Virus record (IMG/VR): IMGVR_UViG_3300024496_000014
Strand: one strand, 5' to 3'
DNA from: an uncultured virus (IMG/VR IMGVR_UViG_3300024496_000014)
Taxonomy: Duplodnaviria > Heunggongvirae > Uroviricota > Caudoviricetes
DNA: 64,000 bases
Below the pieces are notes generated by a model. That model did no database searches, was not told the origin of the DNA, and saw only the letters and a list, made by a program, of their open reading frames with translations. Positions 57,597 through 64,000 of the stretch are shown piece after piece; within the stretch, counting starts at the first letter, position 1; each line of letters starts with the position of its first letter. The position numbers and the translations under genes are program-made.

Positions 57597-59371
57597 TCTA
57601 TAATCTCCACATCGTTGCTGTAACTGGTAAATCCGTTTTCTTTAATAACTTTTAACACATGATTTACTCGATTTGTTAGATCATCTCTGTGAGAAATTAA
57701 GAAAACATTTTTATTTCTTTCTCTAGTCATCTTCTTAAGTACCGCAATACTTGATTCTACTCCGCTGGCATCCATGCCGCTGTCTACAAGCTCATCAATA
57801 AACAACAGGTTGATAGGATGATAAAGATTTTCCCACACATCTCGGAACGCCCAAGATAGAGATAAAATCAATCTGTTGCGTTCACCTCGACTTAAATTAT
57901 CAAAATCTAGGTCCTGGCCTAATTGAGTAATAATAACACTAAGATCATTTTGAAATTCTACAATATGAGGCAATCCTATTCTATCTAGATAATGAGTTAA
58001 TCGTTGATTTAAGAATGCTAAGTTTTGATCGATAATACGTTTACGTACAAAACTATCTTTATTTGTTAAAAGTTTATGTAAAAACTCCTGATGATCTTTA
58101 ACTCTTACAAGTTCGTTTAGGTTATTCCAGTCAATTTCTTGAACAGCAGTATTTTTTAATTCTAAGATTTGATCATCATAAGGGTTTTCTTCTGCTTCTT
58201 TAATAGTAGCATCTCTTTCTAACCCATCTAATGTGTTTTTATGATTAAGTGCTTCTTCTAAATTGTCATAAGTTACTTTTGGACAAGCAGTTAGCTCACC
58301 TAATAATGCCATTGCTTCGTTAAGAGTTGATAGTTCTTCTAAGTGTTCGTTAATAGAACCTTTACTTTCTTCAACTTGTTGAGCTTTTGCTACAAGCATT
58401 TCTTCATGTTTGTCATCATGTAACTCTTGACCACAAGCATGGCATTTATGATCTGCAAGACTAATAAGCTCTTTTTCTAATTTAGAAAGGACTTTTTGTT
58501 CTTTTTCTAATGCCGCTGTTTGTTTAGCAATTAAAGAATTAAGGTTATCTTTTTCTTTTTTGTTTTTATTCCATTCAACTAATGCTCGTTGATTTGATAT
58601 TTCTTCTTCAATGTCAATTTGCATTAAACGATCAATACTTTTAAGTATATTTTCAAGAGAGGACTCTTTTTGATCGTTCCACATTTTTTGTTTACGCTCT
58701 AACGCTTCAATGCTTTGTTGAATGCGTTCATTACTAGCTTTAATTGTTTCTATTTTAGTATTTTCTGAAGTAATAGCATCTTTTGTTTGTTTGATTTGTT
58801 CTTTTAAATTTTCTGCTTTTTCTGATAAAAGTGTAATACCTAGTAATTGTTCAATAACGCTTCTTTGATCAGCAGCCTTCATTGATAAGAACGGTTCAGT
58901 ATAAGTGTTCAACGCTAAAATGTGTTTAAACATTTCGTGACTCATACCAAATACATCTTCAATTGCTTTTTGTGTTTCTCGACTATCGCCTTGAGATTCG
59001 TCAAGGTCCTGTAATTCTTGTTCTTGACCGTTAATGCTAAATTTTAACAAGTTTGGTTTTCTACCACGTTCAATGTGATATTCAACGCCGTGTTTTTCAA
59101 AACTAATTGTGACTAACATTCCCTTTTGATTAATCTTGTTGATAAGGTTGTCACGTTTAATATTAGTCAGGGCTTGACCGTAGATCGCATAACTCAAGCC
59201 ATTGATGATAGTTGTTTTGCCCGTACCGTTGCGAGCCCCAGAATCATCACCTCCTAGATCTAGATTTTCACCTAAGACTAGAGTTAATTGACCACGGTCA
59301 AAATCGATGGCTTGAGTTTGATTACCCACGCTCATGAAATTTCTTACGGTTAGATTCTTAATTTTAATCAT
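57593..59371 (-). CDS. gp46: Recombination exonuclease, SbcC/Rad50-like ATPase
   Basis: NFMSVG, Walker A NGTGKTT, CHACG zinc hook, LSRGE signature, LFIDE Walker B, ISH. Confidence 0.93.
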   Translation of the reverse strand: MIKIKNLTVRNFMSVGNQTQAIDFDRGQLTLVLGENLDLGGDDSGARNGTGKTTIINGLSYAIYGQALTNIKRDNLINKINQKGMLVTISFEKHGVEYHIERGRKPNLLKFSINGQEQELQDLDESQGDSRETQKAIEDVFGMSHEMFKHILALNTYTEPFLSMKAADQRSVIEQLLGITLLSEKAENLKEQIKQTKDAITSENTKIETIKASNERIQQSIEALERKQKMWNDQKESSLENILKSIDRLMQIDIEEEISNQRALVEWNKNKKEKDNLNSLIAKQTAALEKEQKVLSKLEKELISLADHKCHACGQELHDDKHEEMLVAKAQQVEESKGSINEHLEELSTLNEAMALLGELTACPKVTYDNLEEALNHKNTLDGLERDATIKEAEENPYDDQILELKNTAVQEIDWNNLNELVRVKDHQEFLHKLLTNKDSFVRKRIIDQNLAFLNQRLTHYLDRIGLPHIVEFQNDLSVIITQLGQDLDFDNLSRGERNRLILSLSWAFRDVWENLYHPINLLFIDELVDSGMDASGVESSIAVLKKMTRERNKNVFLISHRDDLTNRVNHVLKVIKENGFTSYSNDVEIIE

Positions 59372-60378
59372 AGTTCTTTATAAATCTCTAATAGGAGTCC
59401 TTTATCGTATGTGTCGCTTTCAATAGCATTGATTTGATTGATAACAATGGTATCAACACTTTCAAATTCAATATCGATAGGCGAAGCACTCGATTCAACT
59501 TCTACCTTTTCTGGAATAAGCATTAATTCTCGCAAATCGTATTGCGGCATGAATTGCTCTTTAATGAAATTTGCTTCTTCAAATGTAATAGGTAAGTCAA
59601 TAGTAACACGACAATGCATTTTTGGTCTTAACAATGCGTCGGGAGTATCAATTATTTGACTTAGCTTGTAGGTACGATATACTGGTTGATTAGCCCAAGT
59701 TTTGTATTGGGGTTTGCCTCCCCACTCTAATAACATCATACCTCGATCGTCATCACCTGCATCGGCGTAATTGTGCGGAAATGCATTACCAATATACACT
59801 ATGTTTCCTGTAGCTTGGCGTTTGTGAAAATGCCCGCTAAACACATAATCTTGATTTACAAAATGGTTTCTTTGCAACTGGCCATGATCGGGCATTTGAA
59901 TCATAGCATTCATGTAGAAGCTTGGTAATTCTAAATGTCCAAAAATATATTTGCTTTTAATTTTTGGAATATCTTTCCATTCGTCTCCTACTAACCAAGG
60001 GAGTATTGTTACATTTCCATCTGTAAAGGGTTCTTTAATAGGAGTTACATTTGGAAACAATCGCATAAATTCAATTGAATTGATTTCTCGTTTGTCTTTA
60101 TAAAACAAATCGTGATTGCCTAAAATAAAATAGACTTTTTCAAAAGATGCGTTTAATCGTTCTAGGTTAGACACCGTATAATTCATAGTGCTAACATCTG
60201 TAGTTGATCGATTGTGATGCCAGTCGCCTAAGAAGATGCAAGTTTCTGCACCTTCTTCTTTAGCAGTATCACAAAACCATTTAACAAATTCTTCACAATC
60301 AATGTTGTGAGTTCTGCTTCCTGATTTTAATCCAAAGTGTATATCCGTAAAACATGCGGCTTTTTTAAATAGATTCAT
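59368..60378 (-). CDS. gp47: Recombination nuclease, SbcD/Mre11-like
   Basis: TDIHFG, LGDWHH, GNHD, GH, SGHFH phosphoesterase motifs. Confidence 0.93.
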   Translation of the reverse strand: MNLFKKAACFTDIHFGLKSGSRTHNIDCEEFVKWFCDTAKEEGAETCIFLGDWHHNRSTTDVSTMNYTVSNLERLNASFEKVYFILGNHDLFYKDKREINSIEFMRLFPNVTPIKEPFTDGNVTILPWLVGDEWKDIPKIKSKYIFGHLELPSFYMNAMIQMPDHGQLQRNHFVNQDYVFSGHFHKRQATGNIVYIGNAFPHNYADAGDDDRGMMLLEWGGKPQYKTWANQPVYRTYKLSQIIDTPDALLRPKMHCRVTIDLPITFEEANFIKEQFMPQYDLRELMLIPEKVEVESSASPIDIEFESVDTIVINQINAIESDTYDKGLLLEIYKEL

Positions 60379-60384
60379 ATGACG

Positions 60385-60413
60385 AGTTTAATATAATTTT
60401 TATTAAAGGTCAA
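60385..60413 (-). promoter_or_regulatory. Sigma70-type promoter TTGACC-N17-TAAACT for gp47/46
   Basis: Exact 17-nt spacing; the -35 overlaps the gp55 TGA. Confidence 0.65.
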
Positions 60414-61258
60414 TCCCAATCATTACCATTATCGATAGTAACAGGAGCGGTAGCAGGACCACTACCACTACCCCATTGACGAGTCCAACTTGGATTCATA
60501 CCGTTCATTTCCAGTATGTCGTCTCTGATGTTCTGGTTACGTTTTTCAATGTTAATGATCCGCACGAATGAATTAGTGACAGCAGCAGTATAATAAGCAA
60601 AAGGATTATCGGATTTGCTTTCATCAAATTGTAGTCCTATCTGTGTTAGCTGTAAAATAGCCTGCCCTTTCATTTCGTCATTATAGGTATATCCTCTAAC
60701 GTTGCCTCTAGTCGCATATCGGTCACATAATTTTAAAAACATTCGAGCTAGATTACTAGTCATTTGGCCGTGGTCTTTGCTAAATGCTCCGGTGTTAATA
60801 TCACCTTTCCAGTGGCTTTTTACAACACATATTAGATTACCGTTGGTATCAAATTTCCAATGTTGAAAGGGCGGAAAATTTACTTTTTCATGACCGTCGC
60901 TGGTATTTTTAACGGTCTTTTTTCTTCCTGGAGCAAGAGGAATATGTTCAAAGGTCATAACTCTAAAGACTACATCATTCTTGTCAATTTTTTTATAGTC
61001 TATTTCAAATTCTTTTGCGGGAATTTTTTTACCTTGCGCTAACATTGCTGCTTCGTGGTTAATTTTTGCTAACCTAGAAGCTCTGTTTCTTTTTGCTTCG
61101 GCAATTGTCCTGATATTAATTTTGGACAAGTTTGGTACAATCATATCATACTCTAAAAATGCTTTATCTGTGCATGAGCAGTATGTATTTTTGCTTAAAT
61201 GTATCTCTCTTAGTAAGTCTTTGTTTGTTAGGTACTTAATTTTAGGTACGGTATTCAT
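60410..61258 (-). CDS. gp55: Late-transcription sigma factor
   Basis: YLTNKDLL, GYTYNDEM, FDESKSDNPFAYYT...NSFVRII..EK; adjacent to gp47/46. Confidence 0.85.
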   Translation of the reverse strand: MNTVPKIKYLTNKDLLREIHLSKNTYCSCTDKAFLEYDMIVPNLSKINIRTIAEAKRNRASRLAKINHEAAMLAQGKKIPAKEFEIDYKKIDKNDVVFRVMTFEHIPLAPGRKKTVKNTSDGHEKVNFPPFQHWKFDTNGNLICVVKSHWKGDINTGAFSKDHGQMTSNLARMFLKLCDRYATRGNVRGYTYNDEMKGQAILQLTQIGLQFDESKSDNPFAYYTAAVTNSFVRIINIEKRNQNIRDDILEMNGMNPSWTRQWGSGSGPATAPVTIDNGNDWD

Positions 61259-61332
61259 TCAGTATATATCTCCCTTTTATTAATATAATAGCACATTTTG
61301 ACAAGAATAAATAGACTAAACGGAGTCTTTTT

Positions 61333-62466
61333 ATGCCATTATCGCTTAATCCATTAGCCCAATTAGTTAACAATGTTTCTCAAAGTATTAGCGGAGCCGC
61401 TAACCAAGCAGGAGCCGGCTTAAACAACATGACCGCTTCTTTATCTAAAACAAATTTAGATTCTGTAACTTCTCGTCTTTCCGGCGGATTAGGCAGCGGA
61501 TTAAATGGAGTTACAGCGGGTGTTGGTAATGCAATTGACCAAGGAATGGCAGGCGTTAAAGGATTAACAGGCTCAATTGGAGGCGCCGGCCTTCCAGCAT
61601 TAGGCGGCATAACAGGACAAGCACAAAACTTAGTATCTAAAGTTGGTACGGGTGTTGGTGCTATTAGTAACGTTACTTCTGACATTGCTACCTCTCTTAA
61701 TAAATTAGGCGGTGGAAATATTGCTGGCGGACTACTTGGTGTTGCAGGTGCTATTTCCAAAGCCGCTGGACAATTAAACAATATTCTAAGTCTTGCTAGA
61801 GGAATAAACTTACCGTCAAATGCAGAGTTATTTCAAACACGAGGCGCGGTAGTATCAATGACACCAGTGCCAGGAAATGATTGGCGTGTTAGAATCAACT
61901 GCAATTGGGAATTGTTTAACTCTCCTTTGTTTGACGCAACTCTTAAGGAAACCGGCGGACTCGCTTGGCCATACTTGCCAAACATCACGGTATCTTCAAA
62001 GGCAAACTACAGCCAATTAGATCCTGTGCATAATATATATCCATTCCAGGCCTATAAGAGTAGTGCTATTGAAGACATTCAAATTAGTGGAGAGTTTTCA
62101 GTTGAAACTGAAAAAGATGCTTACTACTGGATAGCTGCCACCACTTGGTTAAGAACCGTTACTAAAATGTTTTATGGTACAGGACCAAACGTTGGTAATC
62201 CGCCTATTATTTGTCAACTAACCGGCTATGGAAGTAATGTATTCAACACCGTTCCTGTAGTAATCAAAGCAACAAGTTTTGATTTTAAAGAAGATGTTCA
62301 ATACATTAAATGTCAAACAGATACAATGTCGCAACCAACATGGGTACCGACACTAAGTACTATCTCGGTGACGGTATCGCCAATTTATAACAGAGCAAGA
62401 CTACGTCAATTTAGTTTAGAAGATTTTGCTTCTGGCAATACAGCAAACACAACAGGATTCCTATAA
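61333..62466 (+). CDS. Baseplate / tail-tube initiator-like protein (gp48/gp54-like) with Gly-rich N-terminus
   Basis: WPYLPNIT...ANY...H, TKMFYG, GNPPII..L.GYG..F..VPVVI; late promoter at 61308-61313. Confidence 0.6.
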   Translation: MPLSLNPLAQLVNNVSQSISGAANQAGAGLNNMTASLSKTNLDSVTSRLSGGLGSGLNGVTAGVGNAIDQGMAGVKGLTGSIGGAGLPALGGITGQAQNLVSKVGTGVGAISNVTSDIATSLNKLGGGNIAGGLLGVAGAISKAAGQLNNILSLARGINLPSNAELFQTRGAVVSMTPVPGNDWRVRINCNWELFNSPLFDATLKETGGLAWPYLPNITVSSKANYSQLDPVHNIYPFQAYKSSAIEDIQISGEFSVETEKDAYYWIAATTWLRTVTKMFYGTGPNVGNPPIICQLTGYGSNVFNTVPVVIKATSFDFKEDVQYIKCQTDTMSQPTWVPTLSTISVTVSPIYNRARLRQFSLEDFASGNTANTTGFL

Positions 62467-62467
62467 C

Positions 62468-62767
62468 ATGGCAAAGTATAGACAAAGTTCACCTTATTTT
62501 CTTACTAAACAAAACAATTTGTATCTTGAATTGTTGTCTATCAGACCCATTCCTGCAGAGACTGATGATTTCAAATACAAAATAGAAAATCAATACAAAC
62601 ACAGACCGGATTTATTGTCCTATGATTTGTATGGAACACCAAAACTATGGTGGGTTTTTGTTCAAAGAAATATGGATGTTATTAAAGATCCAATATATGA
62701 TTTTGAACCCGGAACAGAAATTTATCTTCCAAAAAAAAGCAATCTAGAAAGATTTTTAGGAATATAA
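62468..62767 (+). CDS. gp53: Baseplate wedge protein, LysM-like
   Basis: RPDLLSYDLYGTPKLWWVF..RN. Confidence 0.8.
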   Translation: MAKYRQSSPYFLTKQNNLYLELLSIRPIPAETDDFKYKIENQYKHRPDLLSYDLYGTPKLWWVFVQRNMDVIKDPIYDFEPGTEIYLPKKSNLERFLGI

Positions 62768-62768
62768 T

Positions 62769-64000
62769 ATGGCTTTAGGATTACGAGACATTGGTCAAGT
62801 ATTTGGTGCAGCATTAACTAAACCAGACGGTACAGGAATCGATCCAACTGCAACAGCATCAAACCTTGGACTTGGTTTTGCAAAAACTTCATCAGACATA
62901 AAGTTAAGTTTATTGCAGGGAAAAACACCTGCAGGAACTGATGCCAGAGCAACTATTAGTGCAGGTAGCAAAGAAAATATTAAACCTAAACAACGAGGGT
63001 TTGCTAATCAGTTAGAACAATTTGCATCATATAATGTTTTATGGACGTTGGCATGTTTAAAACCCGAGGAAGCAAATAATCCTTACCTATACAGAAATTC
63101 TGCATTCGTTGAAAAACAAGTTGTATTTTCGTCTGGCGGAAGATATGATCAGGAAAGAGCAGCAACAGCCTACGGAGCCCCTGAATACTTTATTCAAAAC
63201 TTTTCTATGGATACCTTAATGACAGGTACTCCTGCTACAGGCTCTTCAAATGCTATTAACTTTACCTTTGAAATTATAGAACCTTACAGCATGGGATTGT
63301 TTTTACAGAGTCTTCAGGTTGCGGCTCTGGCAGCAGGATATCCAAGTTATCTTGAAGAAGCAGTATATTGTTTAAAAATGGAATTTGTAGGATTTGATCA
63401 AGATATGAAATCCTATGCTTCTATAAAACCAAAATTCTTTTTAATGTTGTTAAAGAAAACAACTTTTAATGTTACAGAATCTGGAAGCACTTATAAATTT
63501 GAAGCCATTGTTTATAATCAAGAAGGATTTTCTGAAACCTACACAGCATTAAAAACTGATATAGCAATCACAGGAAGTACCGTAAAAGAATTATTAGCAG
63601 GCAGAGAAAGAAGTTTAACAACGGTTCTTAATGAGCACGAACAAAAATCTGTTCCTGAATTAAAAACGTACCCAGACAAGTACGAAATACATTTTCCAGA
63701 AAATTCATTTGATCCAATCCCTGGAGTTGGACCAGACGATGCAGACAACAGAGCAGTAATAAACACATCAAATGAACGAGTAATTTCAAAAAGTGCATCT
63801 TATGCTAATCCAGAGGACGATCCGGCATTTTTTATTTCAAACGCTATAGGCAATGCAAGTTTTAATTTCCAGGCAGACTCAGGAGGAAACTATGTTGCCC
63901 CAAAAGCAGAAGATGCATATGACGAAAGCACAGGAAAAGTTAATAGAGATAAAGTTTCAATAAATGCAAAAGAAAGAACATTTAACTATGCTCAAAAACA
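62769..64000 (+). CDS. Large baseplate hub-region protein, N-terminal part (runs off the right edge)
   Basis: Frame starts at ATG 62769: MALGLRDIG...NQLEQFASYNVLWTL...FEIIEPYSMGLFLQSL; follows gp53. Confidence 0.65.
   Translation, partial: MALGLRDIGQVFGAALTKPDGTGIDPTATASNLGLGFAKTSSDIKLSLLQGKTPAGTDARATISAGSKENIKPKQRGFANQLEQFASYNVLWTLACLKPEEANNPYLYRNSAFVEKQVVFSSGGRYDQERAATAYGAPEYFIQNFSMDTLMTGTPATGSSNAINFTFEIIEPYSMGLFLQSLQVAALAAGYPSYLEEAVYCLKMEFVGFDQDMKSYASIKPKFFLMLLKKTTFNVTESGSTYKFEAIVYNQEGFSETYTALKTDIAITGSTVKELLAGRERSLTTVLNEHEQKSVPELKTYPDKYEIHFPENSFDPIPGVGPDDADNRAVINTSNERVISKSASYANPEDDPAFFISNAIGNASFNFQADSGGNYVAPKAEDAYDESTGKVNRDKVSINAKERTFNYAQK

Noticed and set aside
1..64000. Stop-codon reassignment
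   Set aside because: Core genes are full length under the standard code; TAA and TGA are both used as stops and no gene needs TAG read-through

Overview
This window is the virion-morphogenesis block of a large T4-like myovirus (AT-rich, standard genetic code). In order it encodes: tail sheath (truncated at the left edge), HNH protein, dNMP kinase, neck/tail-terminator genes gp13-15, three giant Ser/Thr/Gly-rich fibre-like proteins (2153, 3071 and 1832 aa), a run of smaller structural paralogues, the gp20-23 head module, a tape measure protein with a GH19 lytic domain, a gp26-like baseplate/tail chaperone, gp46/47, the gp55 late sigma factor and baseplate genes. Five signals go beyond routine annotation. 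(1) Three tandem paralogous proteins with about 10% Cys follow the giant fibre genes and are followed by a GT9-like glycosyltransferase and a NodU/CmcH carbamoyltransferase, suggesting a virion-fibre cross-linking and decoration system. (2) A ~470-nt, hairpin-dense non-coding tract with a bipartite direct repeat lies directly behind a GIY-YIG nuclease gene. (3) A candidate programmed -1 frameshift (A AAT TTT heptamer plus downstream stem) would fuse the gp26-like gene to a start-less downstream frame. (4) ACWGT appears to be avoided across the window. (5) TAAATA late promoters often sit 5-7 nt from the ATG, implying leaderless mRNAs. All protein identities come from motif recognition by eye; no database searches were run.
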